A stretch of DNA of 64,000 bases from an uncultured Rhodopirellula sp. (GTDB lineage Bacteria > Planctomycetota > Planctomycetia > Pirellulales > Pirellulaceae): positions 1 to 64,000 of the forward strand of contig CAXGAI010000013.1 of the NCBI GenBank assembly GCA_964007735.1, written 5' to 3'. The position numbers and the translations under genes were made by a program. Position 1 is the stretch's first letter; every line of letters begins with the position of its first letter. The notes under the pieces were generated by a model. The model had not been told where the DNA came from and did no database searches. It saw only the letters and a program-made list of their open reading frames with translations. Shown one piece after another: positions 19,022-29,416 of the stretch.

Positions 19022-21616
19022 ATGTCATCGGGAACTGGTAGTAAACGGCGTAAGACAACTCGCCTGAGAGTAAAAATCTCAGATGCCCTCGCTAGGATGA
19101 TCATCCGTATCGGAGGCATCGGCACCATTGGAACGGTTTCTTTAGTAGGCGTTCTTCTGGTAGTTGTCGTGGCACCTCTTTTTTTTGAGGCGTCTATAGA
19201 GCCAAAACAAACACAACCGTTGGAATCACAAATGGTTCCTATCAAAACGGTATTTGACGAATATCGAACCACTAGTTGGTCTTTATTTGAAAACGGAAAC
19301 CTGCAAGTCAGGCGTACCGATACTCTGGAATTGCTGGACGAGCAAAACCTCACGGGAAATAAAAAGATTACCGCCAGTACGTTCGCGGTCGAATCTGATG
19401 AACTCGTTCTTGGATTAGAAGATGGAACAGTGATCATTGGAACCATCGGTTTCAAAACATCCTTTTTGGACATTGATCAGATCGACGTAAAATTCCATTC
19501 GTTGGCAAATGGTGACATCAAAACCTACCAACAGGGCACTGTTCAAATAACACCTCAAAAGCAGTTCCGAATTCAGGCTTTAGATTTGGCCATCGGAGAG
19601 CCGCTGAAACTATCACAGTATGCAATCACACGATTGGATGCAATTCTTCCGGTCGACGATGGTGGAGCTGGGAAAAAAACCAAGAAACTGATCTTTGTGG
19701 ATACACAAGGAAAAATGCGAATTGGCACCATTTCCGAAAATGAAAACATGTTCACTGGAGATGTCGAAGTCGCATTTGATGGTGTTGAACTGCCTCTGAG
19801 TGAAAAGCGTACCACCATCCCTGATCATGTTATCTTCTACGGTGTTGGAGACCGAGTCTATCTGGTTTGGAATGATGGTGAAGTTCATCGCTTCGATACT
19901 CGAAACTTCAAAAGCAATGTTCCGACGCCAATTGTTGAAGATTTGCTCAATAACTCCTCACTAAATATTACAAGTATTAGGTTAGCCTTAGGAAACACTA
20001 CGCTGCTAGTTGGTGATTCTGCTGGCAACCTGACTGGTTGGCTGCAGACACGATCCAAAGACGGGCAACCTGGTGATTACCTTCGGAAGGTTCATAAACT
20101 ACCGCAGGGGCCGGGAAGTGTCACAAGCATAGGCCTGTCGTCCCGAAGTCGTATGATCTCGATCGGATACGAAGATGGTACGGTCAAAATTTTCCATGTT
20201 ACGACTGATCAGGAGATTCTGAGTACAACTCTTGAATCCGGCAATGAAATCATCAGTACCTTCATTACTCCCAAGGAAGATGGGATCGTCGCACTCACTA
20301 AAGATAGTCTCTGGCATGCAGACTTTGACCCTAAACACCCGGAAGCGTCACTTGCTTCGCTATTCGGACCGGTCTGGTACGAAGGCTATGATGAACCTAG
20401 ACATATCTGGCAGTCATCCTTTGCCAGTGCAGCTCCGGAAGTAAAACTGGGCTTAAGGCCACTTATATTTGGAACCCTGAAAGCCACCTTTTACACGATG
20501 CTCTTTGGAACTCCCATTGCATTATTGGGGGCGATCTATACAAGCGAGTTCTTGAGTCGTCGCTCAAAGTCCATCATTAAACCGAGTATCGAAATGATGG
20601 CCAGTCTTCCCAGTGTCGTACTTGGTTTCCTGGCAGGTCTCGTGATGGCCCCATTTGTTGAATATATCATCCCACAAATGCTGACCTGTGTCTTTTTGAT
20701 TCCGGGAGCATTTGTGTTAGGTGGACACTTGTGGCAATTACTGCCCCGCCAGTTGCAACTAAGATTTTCCCATGTTCGATTTTGGTTAATGGTAATCACT
20801 ATTCCTATCGCTATGGCTATTGCCTATCTGTTAGGTCCTTATATCGAAGAGTTGCTTTTCAGCGGGGATATTCGAACTTGGCTCGAAGATCACAGCCAGG
20901 GTAATGGGGTTGGTGCCTGGATGATTCTCTGGTTACCACTGAGTATCCTTATCGTCGGAGCCTTCTTCGTGACAGTCGTGACGCCGAAAGTCCGCTTGGG
21001 TGCATACAAACATTCGAGAATCAAGTTTGCCTTCATGGCATTAGCCCGGTTCCTTTTAGCCTCGGCTGCTGTTGTCTTCGTAGCCTGGGTGATTTCGTTT
21101 GCACTCGACAGTCTGGGGTGGGATCCTCGGGGAACTTATATCGACAAATACGATCAGCGTAATGCCTTTGTTGTTGGTTTTGTCATGGGATTTGCGGTGA
21201 TCCCGATTATTTACACCATTGCTGAAGATGCTCTTTCGACCGTCCCCAACCACCTTCGCAGCGGATCCTATGGAACTGGAGCCACGGCGTGGCAAACTTC
21301 CATGCGAATCGTTATCCCAACGGCCATGAGCGGATTATTCTCCGCAGTGATGGTCGGGTTAGGTCGTGCGGTTGGGGAAACCATGATTGTTCTCATGGCC
21401 GGTGGAAACACGTCCGTAGAAGATTGGAACATGTTCAATGGTTTCCGAACGCTTTCTGCGAACATCGCTGTGGAATTACCGGAAGCTGTGCGCAACAGTA
21501 CTCATTATCGAACATTGTTCCTTGCTGCTCTCACACTATTTGTCCTTACATTTATTGTGAATACTGTGGCAGAACTTGTACGACTTCGCTTTAGAAAGAG
21601 AGCCTATCAACTATGA
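19022..21616 (+). CDS. pstC: Phosphate ABC permease PstC with a large beta-propeller-like extracytoplasmic domain
   Basis: PLIFGTLKA, EMMASLPSVVLGF, EDALSTVP, GLGRAVGETM, RTLSANIAVELPEA; ~420-aa beta-rich insert after the first TM. Confidence 0.9.
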   Translation: MSSGTGSKRRKTTRLRVKISDALARMIIRIGGIGTIGTVSLVGVLLVVVVAPLFFEASIEPKQTQPLESQMVPIKTVFDEYRTTSWSLFENGNLQVRRTDTLELLDEQNLTGNKKITASTFAVESDELVLGLEDGTVIIGTIGFKTSFLDIDQIDVKFHSLANGDIKTYQQGTVQITPQKQFRIQALDLAIGEPLKLSQYAITRLDAILPVDDGGAGKKTKKLIFVDTQGKMRIGTISENENMFTGDVEVAFDGVELPLSEKRTTIPDHVIFYGVGDRVYLVWNDGEVHRFDTRNFKSNVPTPIVEDLLNNSSLNITSIRLALGNTTLLVGDSAGNLTGWLQTRSKDGQPGDYLRKVHKLPQGPGSVTSIGLSSRSRMISIGYEDGTVKIFHVTTDQEILSTTLESGNEIISTFITPKEDGIVALTKDSLWHADFDPKHPEASLASLFGPVWYEGYDEPRHIWQSSFASAAPEVKLGLRPLIFGTLKATFYTMLFGTPIALLGAIYTSEFLSRRSKSIIKPSIEMMASLPSVVLGFLAGLVMAPFVEYIIPQMLTCVFLIPGAFVLGGHLWQLLPRQLQLRFSHVRFWLMVITIPIAMAIAYLLGPYIEELLFSGDIRTWLEDHSQGNGVGAWMILWLPLSILIVGAFFVTVVTPKVRLGAYKHSRIKFAFMALARFLLASAAVVFVAWVISFALDSLGWDPRGTYIDKYDQRNAFVVGFVMGFAVIPIIYTIAEDALSTVPNHLRSGSYGTGATAWQTSMRIVIPTAMSGLFSAVMVGLGRAVGETMIVLMAGGNTSVEDWNMFNGFRTLSANIAVELPEAVRNSTHYRTLFLAALTLFVLTFIVNTVAELVRLRFRKRAYQL

Positions 21617-24093
21617 GCGGGAAAAAAACAAAGGGGCGCTCTCGATTAAGCCGGCCTGGCATTTCCATGATGGCTCAAGGCGAGCCCATGGTCTGGTTCA
21701 CGGGTGGTACTCTGGCCGTTTCATTAGCCATGATCGTGGGCTTGTTGTGCTGGGTCATTTACAATGGTTCGGTTACGTTCTGGCCTAAACCAATTTACAA
21801 AGTCCGGCTAAACGACGGACAATACGTGATGGGCGAAATCTTCTCAGAAGAAGATTACACCCTTCGGGAAGACATGTTGAGTACGCTTTCCGAATCCGAT
21901 CAACAGTCCGCAAAGGAATTACTGGCTTCGCCAAACCGCACAGCGGTCCACCGACGGCAATTTCGAACTGGAAACTTTGATATCACTAATGAGCATTTTC
22001 GCTGGATAAGTGATTTCCAATTTCAGAATCCCACGCAAACCCAACCTCAGTGGGCGGTCACGGTGGAACGAATCGAGTGGGGACGTTTCTATGGCGATCC
22101 CGTTCGCTATAGCGTCGAAACGATTCGTAAAGTCACGGATCTGGAACAGCGTTATGCAGACATTATTCTATTCCTTCAAAACCAATTTCGTTGGACGATA
22201 TCCGCTGAGCAAAAAGCAATAATCAACGCAAACTTACCTGCTTTACAGGAGAAACATCAGGAACTCCGGGATATTAATATCCAAGCTTTCCTCGATGAAT
22301 TTTCGGAAGCTCGCGGAGGCGAAACTGTTGAAGTTATGGCTGGGTTTTCCACCGTTGCACTGAAAAACTACAAACCCGATCCAAATCAAAACGTTAAAGG
22401 CATCAAATATGTTTGGGAAGGAGCTGAAGAATCATGGGCGAAGTTCAAAGAGGAGCATCTCCGATCCCGCAAACGATACTTGAACCGTCGTCAGCTTGAG
22501 AAACATGACATAGGTGCCATTAATTATGTGATGGAAAAAGGTCGGCTAAGTGTTCGTCAGGCTGAACTGGATTATGACGTTCAGGTTCTGGAGGATGCCG
22601 TTGCCAAAAGAGAAAACATTCGTACGATAGAAGCGATCAGGAAAGAACTTGGGCAAACTCTGAAAGCCATAACAGACAGTGTAGATGTGCTACCAGAAGA
22701 ATTGCAGGCTGTTGTTGAACAACTGAAACCGGCGGTTAGGTCATACTACCAAGATCAGGCCAGACAATACGAAACAACGGTTGCTGATATTGATTCTAAA
22801 TTGAGTGCCGTCCCGGAAGAAGTTCAAAAAATCGTTAATGACTATCTGGCTGTCCAGAAACAGGCTGATGCGGACACGGCTCAGATTCAGAAAACCATTG
22901 ACGAATCAAAAGCTGAAAACGCTAGATATCGTCTGACTCTCGTTACCGCTCAGAGTGTTGAAAAGGAGCTGGCTGTCGATGAAATTGTTCGGGCATATCC
23001 GGCAAATCAGTTAAGCTCCGGTGACAAATGGGCCATCTATTTTGACCGCTGGGGTGAATTCCTCGTCGACGATCCTCGTGAAGCAAATAGTGAAGGTGGA
23101 GTCTTCCCTGCTATTTGGGGGACCGTCACGATGACGTTGATTATGTGTCTGGTTGTTGCTCCTTTCGGCGTACTCGCAGCTCTCTATCTCCGTGAATATG
23201 CGAAAGATGGTGTGATCGTCAGTATCATTCGAATCGCGATCAACAATCTGGCTGGTGTACCAAGTATCGTCTTTGGTGTCTTCGGTCTAGGATTTTTCTG
23301 CTACGTATTCGGAACGTATACGGACGGTGGGCCTAAAGCAATCAATGTCGTACCTTTTGCAACCGGGACTTGGTATATAGTACTGCTAATCACCTTAGGG
23401 CTGATCGTAGCCGCCATTTTATGTAATGTATGGTTAGTGCGACGTAAAAATAATCTACGCCTTGCCAACCAGACCTGGCTTTACTCAATCCCCGCATTCT
23501 TGTGGTGTGCAGCGCTGACCATCACCATCATCTTGCTAGTGAAGATACCATTCTTTGATGGATTTTTTGAAGCGTCACTTCCCAACCCAACCTTTGGTAA
23601 AGGTGGTTTATTATGGGCCGCACTTACACTGGCTCTATTAACACTACCCGTGGTTATTGTGGCAACCGAAGAAGCATTGTCTGCGGTCCCCAATTCATTG
23701 CGGGAAGGGTCTTTTGCTACGGGTGCAAGTAAATGGCAGACCATTCGCCGGGTGGTACTACCTCACGCTACTCCGGGAATCATGACCGGAATGGTGCTAG
23801 CCATGGCACGTGGAGCGGGGGAAGTAGCCCCACTGATGCTCGTCGGGGCAGTAAAACTCGCTCCTGAATTACCTGTGGATATGACAGCACCGTTTATACA
23901 TTTGGAACGAAGTTTTATGCATCTTGGATTTCATATCTATGATCTTGGGTTTCAAAGCCAGAACTCTGAAGCAGCGCAACCGATGGTTTACACCACAACA
24001 TTATTACTGGTAGGAATCATCTTTGTTCTCAATATTACTGCAATCCTCTTACGCAATAGACTGCGCAAGCGATTCAGTGTGGGACACTTTTAA
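21613..24093 (+). CDS. pstA: Phosphate ABC permease PstA with a large coiled-coil extracytoplasmic domain
   Basis: PREANSEGGVFPAIWGT, NNLAGVPSIVFG, ATEEAL, ARGAGEVAPL; ATGA overlap with pstC. Confidence 0.9.
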   Translation: MSGKKTKGRSRLSRPGISMMAQGEPMVWFTGGTLAVSLAMIVGLLCWVIYNGSVTFWPKPIYKVRLNDGQYVMGEIFSEEDYTLREDMLSTLSESDQQSAKELLASPNRTAVHRRQFRTGNFDITNEHFRWISDFQFQNPTQTQPQWAVTVERIEWGRFYGDPVRYSVETIRKVTDLEQRYADIILFLQNQFRWTISAEQKAIINANLPALQEKHQELRDINIQAFLDEFSEARGGETVEVMAGFSTVALKNYKPDPNQNVKGIKYVWEGAEESWAKFKEEHLRSRKRYLNRRQLEKHDIGAINYVMEKGRLSVRQAELDYDVQVLEDAVAKRENIRTIEAIRKELGQTLKAITDSVDVLPEELQAVVEQLKPAVRSYYQDQARQYETTVADIDSKLSAVPEEVQKIVNDYLAVQKQADADTAQIQKTIDESKAENARYRLTLVTAQSVEKELAVDEIVRAYPANQLSSGDKWAIYFDRWGEFLVDDPREANSEGGVFPAIWGTVTMTLIMCLVVAPFGVLAALYLREYAKDGVIVSIIRIAINNLAGVPSIVFGVFGLGFFCYVFGTYTDGGPKAINVVPFATGTWYIVLLITLGLIVAAILCNVWLVRRKNNLRLANQTWLYSIPAFLWCAALTITIILLVKIPFFDGFFEASLPNPTFGKGGLLWAALTLALLTLPVVIVATEEALSAVPNSLREGSFATGASKWQTIRRVVLPHATPGIMTGMVLAMARGAGEVAPLMLVGAVKLAPELPVDMTAPFIHLERSFMHLGFHIYDLGFQSQNSEAAQPMVYTTTLLLVGIIFVLNITAILLRNRLRKRFSVGHF

Positions 24094-24141
24094 TCAAAAT
24101 AGCAACGGAACTATATAAATCACGAAGGACAAGTCGCGGAA

Positions 24142-25053
24142 ATGTCAACGGATACAAGAAATATGGATACCATTGGAAACATATCAGCAATCGAACCTGT
24201 TGCAGAAGCAGCAGACAAACATACTGAAATAGATCGGCTACAACTGATTGAAAGCGGTCAAATTGTGTCTGCTGTTATTCATGAAGATATTAAACAGGAA
24301 GACATTATCCTTGACATAGAAAAGTTGAATCTTTGGTATGGCAATACACAGGCCCTTTATGACATCAACTTTCAGATTCCTCGGGGCAAAGTAACATCTC
24401 TCATCGGACCATCCGGTTGCGGTAAATCGACTATGCTGCGTTGTGTGAATCGAATTAACGACCTCATTGATTCAGTTCATATCGAAGGTGACATGAAAAT
24501 CGATGGTGATTCGATCTTTTCACCGGGTGTGGATGTGATTGAATTGCGTAAACGAATGGGGATGGTATTTCAGAAGCCCAATCCATTCCCCATGAGTATT
24601 TATGAAAACGTCGTCTATCCGCTACGAATAGACGGTGTTCGAAACAAGGCTGAGTTAGACGAAGTCTGTGAACGCAGTCTTCGTGCATCTGCCCTCTGGA
24701 ATGAGGTCAAAGATCGTCTTCGGGAGAGTGGTCTTAGCCTTTCCGGTGGCCAGCAACAGCGGCTTTGTATTGCCCGAGCAATTGCTAGTGACCCCGAAAT
24801 GCTGTTGCTCGACGAACCATGTTCAGCATTGGATCCGGTAGCCACGGCCAAAATTGAAGAACTCATCCAGGAGCTTGCTGGCGATTACTCGATTCTGATC
24901 GTGACGCACAATATGCAACAGGCATCACGACTGAGCGATTATACGGCCTTCATGTACCTGGGAAACCTTATCGAATTCGGTCCTACTTATAAAATCTTCA
25001 GTAAACCGGAAACCAAGGAAACAGAAGATTATGTAACGGGCCGCTTCGGTTAA
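24142..25053 (+). CDS. pstB: Phosphate ABC ATPase (canonical)
   Basis: [53 protein letters not shown]. Confidence 0.95.
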   Translation: MSTDTRNMDTIGNISAIEPVAEAADKHTEIDRLQLIESGQIVSAVIHEDIKQEDIILDIEKLNLWYGNTQALYDINFQIPRGKVTSLIGPSGCGKSTMLRCVNRINDLIDSVHIEGDMKIDGDSIFSPGVDVIELRKRMGMVFQKPNPFPMSIYENVVYPLRIDGVRNKAELDEVCERSLRASALWNEVKDRLRESGLSLSGGQQQRLCIARAIASDPEMLLLDEPCSALDPVATAKIEELIQELAGDYSILIVTHNMQQASRLSDYTAFMYLGNLIEFGPTYKIFSKPETKETEDYVTGRFG

Positions 25054-25161
25054 CCAATGAGAAACACTCCGAGTTGTGTGAGAGCTCGGAAATTGAATTA
25101 ACACGTGGGAACTTTTACTAAACCAAACTCACTCTATTGCGTGTTATAGGAGAGTACTAAA

Positions 25162-26346
25162 ATGCGAAATCGAAAAGTATCTATCGTAACGGCTATTAGC
25201 ATGTTCATGCTATTGCCAACACTCGTCGTTCAGGCTCAGTTGCCTGCTCGTTACGCTCTTGAAGGCGAACAATTGTGGAGCCTGATTGGCCCAGATTACA
25301 AAAACTGGAAGACTACGGAGAGAATACCCATTGGGCTTCCTGAACCAACCACTACAGAACATCACGTTCGTTACGTGAATCGAGTTGCAAATCGCAGTGG
25401 CGACCTTCCGCTCTATGGAAGCATTATTGTCACTGAGCACTATGCCGGCAGCGAAGATAAGAAAGAACTCAATGCCGTTACGATTGCTCACCGCGTGCGC
25501 AAAGACTACGACACAGACAATAACAACTGGTACTGGGCTCATTACTCAGCCGATGGTAATGTCATCACCACTTCTAAGACTTCTGGTCCTTTTGACAAAG
25601 GTGACTTTGTCACTTTTGAAGAGGAAGGTCGTTTATGGGTATTCCATCTTCAGGATGAAGCGCTGGCTGACTTCGTTAGTAAGGGTGAACTTGCTAAACA
25701 TGTAATTCGCCCAGGCATTGGTCCTCGTGGTATGACGCTGAAGTCAAGCGACAATGAAACTATCAATCAGTTCATTTCTATGCGAGAAGGTTTCACTACA
25801 TCCATCGAAGATGGTCGATTATGGGTCTTCGTTTCGGGTAGTGATGAACTAGCTGACTTTGAAGAACATGGTGAACCAGCCAAATGTGTCGTCCGTCCTG
25901 CTGCTGGGCCTGCTGGAATGACAATCAAGTCATCAGACTCAGAAGTCATTGATCGCTACATCAACGCGAAAGACGGCTTCGAATTACGAATGGCTGAAGG
26001 GCGTATGTGGGTTTTCGCTGCCGGCGATTCTGCTATCGAAGAATTCGACACGAAGGGCGAACTTGCCAAGCATGTCATTCGACCTGGCATTGGCCCTGGT
26101 GGGATGACCCTTAAGAGCAACGAATCAGACACGATCACTCACTATCTGATTCAAAAAGAAGGTTTTGCCGTCACGATTGAAGATGGTCGCCTTTGGGTAT
26201 TTGCCGATGGAAGTGAATCTCACAATAGCTTCCTGGAGCACGGTGAACCTGCCAAGTGTGTAGTTTTCCCGGCAGCCGGTCCTATCGGCATGACTGTCAA
26301 AGGCGCGGACGCTGACGTAATCAATGCTTACCTTCGCAGTAAATAA
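25162..26346 (+). CDS. Secreted hypothetical protein: cytochrome P460-like N-domain without CxxCH plus four ~62-aa repeats
   Basis: Signal peptide; GSIIVTEHY and DYDTDNNNWYWAHYSADG segments; four repeats of (E/D)GR(L/M)WVF...GE(L/P)AK(H/C)V..P..GP.GMT.K. Confidence 0.7.
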   Translation: MRNRKVSIVTAISMFMLLPTLVVQAQLPARYALEGEQLWSLIGPDYKNWKTTERIPIGLPEPTTTEHHVRYVNRVANRSGDLPLYGSIIVTEHYAGSEDKKELNAVTIAHRVRKDYDTDNNNWYWAHYSADGNVITTSKTSGPFDKGDFVTFEEEGRLWVFHLQDEALADFVSKGELAKHVIRPGIGPRGMTLKSSDNETINQFISMREGFTTSIEDGRLWVFVSGSDELADFEEHGEPAKCVVRPAAGPAGMTIKSSDSEVIDRYINAKDGFELRMAEGRMWVFAAGDSAIEEFDTKGELAKHVIRPGIGPGGMTLKSNESDTITHYLIQKEGFAVTIEDGRLWVFADGSESHNSFLEHGEPAKCVVFPAAGPIGMTVKGADADVINAYLRSK

Positions 26347-26377
26347 ACGCCTATTTGCAACATATAGAACCGATTCA

Positions 26378-26420
26378 AAGCCCTCAGACGAACGACTGCA
26401 GTTCTTCTGAGGGCTTTTTT
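26378..26420 (+). terminator. Rho-independent terminator ending the first pst operon
   Basis: AAAGCCCTCAGA...TCTGAGGGCTTTTTT. Confidence 0.85.
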
Positions 26421-26458
26421 ACTGCTTTATTTAGAGCCTTAAAACTGAAGTGGCTCAA

Positions 26459-26499
26459 TCTTAACACTTTCTTAACATTGTTTTATCTATTGGTTCATA
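26459..26499 (+). promoter_or_regulatory. Pho-box-like direct repeats upstream of pstS2
   Basis: TTAACA 26461, TTAACA 26472, TTATCT 26483, TTCATA 26494 at 11-bp period; TCTTAACACTT is identical to 17681-17691. Confidence 0.65.
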
Positions 26500-26563
26500 C
26501 TCTGGCTCTAGATTCTGGTTGATATAACTAATAAACAAACTTCTTCATATTAGCGGGAACTAA

Positions 26564-27472
26564 ATGATGAAACTAAAGGTTACTTTAAGCCTAGCGCTAA
26601 TGCTTGCAGCCTCTCTTCTCCTTACCGGCTGTGGTTCAAAGGATGACACCTCCACTGGCGGAAACGAGAACGCTTCCGGAGAAGAGAATCAAACCATTCA
26701 AGTCGAAGGATCAGATACCATGGTCAATTTGGCTGCTGCCTGGTCTGAAAAGTATCAAGAGGATCATCCTGATGTGACAATCGAAGTGTCCGGTGGTGGC
26801 AGTGGCGTTGGAATTTCAAGCCTTATTCAGGGCCTTGCTGACATGGCCAATGCCAGTCGCCAAATGAAGGATAAAGAGAAAGCTCGCGCTGAAAGTGAAC
26901 TTGGTGTTGCTCCGGTTAAGTACGTCGTTGGTCAGGATGCACTGGCTGTCTACGTTCACAAGGACAACCCACTGGAAGAGATCACGTTAGCGCAACTCGA
27001 TGCCATCTATGCGGATGGCGGAACCATTTCTAAGTGGAGTGAAGTAGACATTGAAATTCCTGGAGGATCCGACGAAATTGTTCGCATTAGTCGTCAAAAT
27101 AACTCGGGGACCTATGCTTACTTCCGGGAAGCAGTACTGAATGATAATGACTTTAAGCTCGGCTCTATCGACCTGTCTGGTTCCTCCGACGTTGTCGCCA
27201 TGGTCGAGAAGACGGCATCTGCTATTGGCTACTCGGGAATGGGCTACGCGACTGATAACGTCAAAATGCTGAAAGTCAAAACGGCGGATGATGAGGCTGC
27301 GGTTGCTCCGACAGCTGAGAATGTAATTAACGGCAGTTATCCGATTGCCCGACCACTGATGATATACACCGCTGGCGAACCCAACACTACACTCCAGACC
27401 TATCTAGATTGGATTATGGGTGAAGAGGGCCAAGCTATCGTAAGTGAAATGGGATACGTTCCCGTCAAATAA
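26564..27472 (+). CDS. pstS: Phosphate ABC substrate-binding lipoprotein (copy 2)
   Basis: Lipobox LTGC; EGSDTMV, GGGSGVGI, SRQNNSGTYAYF, YPIARPL. Confidence 0.93.
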   Translation: MMKLKVTLSLALMLAASLLLTGCGSKDDTSTGGNENASGEENQTIQVEGSDTMVNLAAAWSEKYQEDHPDVTIEVSGGGSGVGISSLIQGLADMANASRQMKDKEKARAESELGVAPVKYVVGQDALAVYVHKDNPLEEITLAQLDAIYADGGTISKWSEVDIEIPGGSDEIVRISRQNNSGTYAYFREAVLNDNDFKLGSIDLSGSSDVVAMVEKTASAIGYSGMGYATDNVKMLKVKTADDEAAVAPTAENVINGSYPIARPLMIYTAGEPNTTLQTYLDWIMGEEGQAIVSEMGYVPVK

Positions 27473-27521
27473 CCTGACTCGGAAACTCTCTTTTCCAAAT
27501 TTACACAGCGAAAGCGGTACT

Positions 27522-28505
27522 ATGTCTGAGACAACGCCTACTGTTGACAGCGACTTCTCATTGCGTCGTGGCATTCAGAAGGTGGTTGACTTTATGGAAC
27601 CTGCTATTGTGGGTCTTATCTACCTCTGTGGATGGAGTGCAATTATTTTCGTGATGGCGATCTTCTTCTTTGTATTCAAAGAAAGCCTGCCAGCAATCAC
27701 GGGCATTGAAGAAATAGGGGGAGGAGTTGACGCAGAAGTCGAGAAACTTGATCTGGTTGAATTTACGACGAGTCCAAAATGGATTCCGGAATCCGCCAAG
27801 AAACCAACGTTTGGTATTCTCGCTTTAATGTTGGGTACACTTTCAGTGACCGTTCTTTCCATGGTTATAGCTGTTCCTCTTGGTTTAGGAGCAGCCGTTT
27901 ATGTTTCGGAATTTGCCAAAGGTAAGTCACGGGAAATATTAAAAGTCCTGATTGAGTTACTGGCTGCCATCCCATCGGTTGTCTGGGGCTTTATTGGTCT
28001 GGTGGTCATGAATCCGATGATTGTCGACGTCACTGGCGAACCTGTCGGACTAAACATCCTTAATGCTGGTATCGTGTTAGCGTTAATGAGTGTACCAATT
28101 ATCGTCTCTGTATCCGAAGACGCCTTAAGGGCCGTCCCGGATTCATTCCGTGAAGCGGGCATCGCATTGGGCGCGAACCGCTGGGAAATGGTTTACAAAG
28201 TCCTCTTTCCAGCAGCAAAAAACGGTTTACTGGCTGCCGTCCTATTAGGTATCGGGCGAGGTATTGGTGAAACCATGGCTGTTTTAATGTGTACCGGTCA
28301 CTCGGTGAATATGCCCACAAGTATCTTCGACCCGGTTCGTACTTTGACAGCAACCATTGCTGCAGAACTCGGAGAAGCGGTTCGTGGTGACATGCACTAT
28401 CACACTTTGTTTCTCATCGGGGTTGTTCTTTTTGTCTTTGCATTTGTTATCAATCTAACCGCAGACCTGATTGTCAAGGGAATTAAGGTGCAGGGAAATG
28501 AGTAG
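27522..28505 (+). CDS. pstC: Phosphate ABC permease PstC (compact type)
   Basis: ELLAAIPSVVWG, SEDALRAVP, GRGIGETMAV, RTLTATIAAELGEA; start set at ATG 27522. Confidence 0.92.
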   Translation: MSETTPTVDSDFSLRRGIQKVVDFMEPAIVGLIYLCGWSAIIFVMAIFFFVFKESLPAITGIEEIGGGVDAEVEKLDLVEFTTSPKWIPESAKKPTFGILALMLGTLSVTVLSMVIAVPLGLGAAVYVSEFAKGKSREILKVLIELLAAIPSVVWGFIGLVVMNPMIVDVTGEPVGLNILNAGIVLALMSVPIIVSVSEDALRAVPDSFREAGIALGANRWEMVYKVLFPAAKNGLLAAVLLGIGRGIGETMAVLMCTGHSVNMPTSIFDPVRTLTATIAAELGEAVRGDMHYHTLFLIGVVLFVFAFVINLTADLIVKGIKVQGNE

Positions 28506-29412
28506 TGAAATAAATAATCCTTTCGCTTCCACCGAACAGGAGCATCGCGGTAAGAAAGTCGAGTTGTTGGTCAAATTCTGTACGCTCGCCATGACTTGGT
28601 TGCTCATTATTCCCGTGTTGGCAATCATTGTCTTTCTGGTATATAAAGCGTGGCCGGCCTTATCGATTGAATTTTTACTAGATAATCCGGAGAAAAAGAT
28701 GACCGCCGGCGGGATTTGGGGACCGTTAATCGGAACCTTTTTCCTGGTACTTGTTTCCTTGATTATTGCAGCACCCACTGGAATCCTGGCGGGTGTCTAT
28801 CTCAATGAATTCGCACGCGATAACTGGGTCACACGCTTCATCAATTTAGCCGTGGTCAATCTAGCCGGAGTTCCGAGCATCGTACATGGACTGTTTGGAC
28901 TCGGTGCTTTTGTATATTTCCTCGGAATGGATCGTTGTTTATTGGCAGCCTCCTGCACCGTAGCAGTGATGACACTACCGGTGATCATTACCAGCACGAA
29001 AGAAGCACTGGCATCGGTACCAATGTCCTTTCGGGTTGCCTGTTGGAACATGGGCGCTACAAAGTGGCAGACCATCCGAACCATCGTATTGCCAAATTCA
29101 ATTAGCGGGATTCTGACGGGAGTTATTCTGCAGGTCGCTCGAGCGGCCGGTGAAACTGCCCCGATCCTTTTCACTGGAGCCATGATTTCATCTCGCATTG
29201 CCGATTCGGGTTGGGATGCTATGGTTCCCTACGGTCTGGATGACCGCTTCATGGCATTGTCCTATCATCTCTATATCATTTCCACGCAGTGGCAGAACGT
29301 GCCGGAATCATTCAAATTCGGTACCGCTGCGGTAATGATTGGATTGGTGATTGCGGTCAACAGTCTGTCTATTGGATTCCGTATCTACTTACGTGCACGA
29401 AAGAAGTGGTAA
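28498..29412 (+). CDS. pstA: Phosphate ABC permease PstA (compact type)
   Basis: GGIWGPLIGT, NLAGVPSIVHGLFG, ARAAGETAPILFT; start ATG 28498. Confidence 0.92.
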   Translation: MSSEINNPFASTEQEHRGKKVELLVKFCTLAMTWLLIIPVLAIIVFLVYKAWPALSIEFLLDNPEKKMTAGGIWGPLIGTFFLVLVSLIIAAPTGILAGVYLNEFARDNWVTRFINLAVVNLAGVPSIVHGLFGLGAFVYFLGMDRCLLAASCTVAVMTLPVIITSTKEALASVPMSFRVACWNMGATKWQTIRTIVLPNSISGILTGVILQVARAAGETAPILFTGAMISSRIADSGWDAMVPYGLDDRFMALSYHLYIISTQWQNVPESFKFGTAAVMIGLVIAVNSLSIGFRIYLRARKKW

Positions 29413-29416
29413 CAAT

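Noticed and set aside
25600..26340. CRISPR or mobile repeat in the 25162 gene
   Set aside because: These are degenerate protein-level repeats within one ORF.
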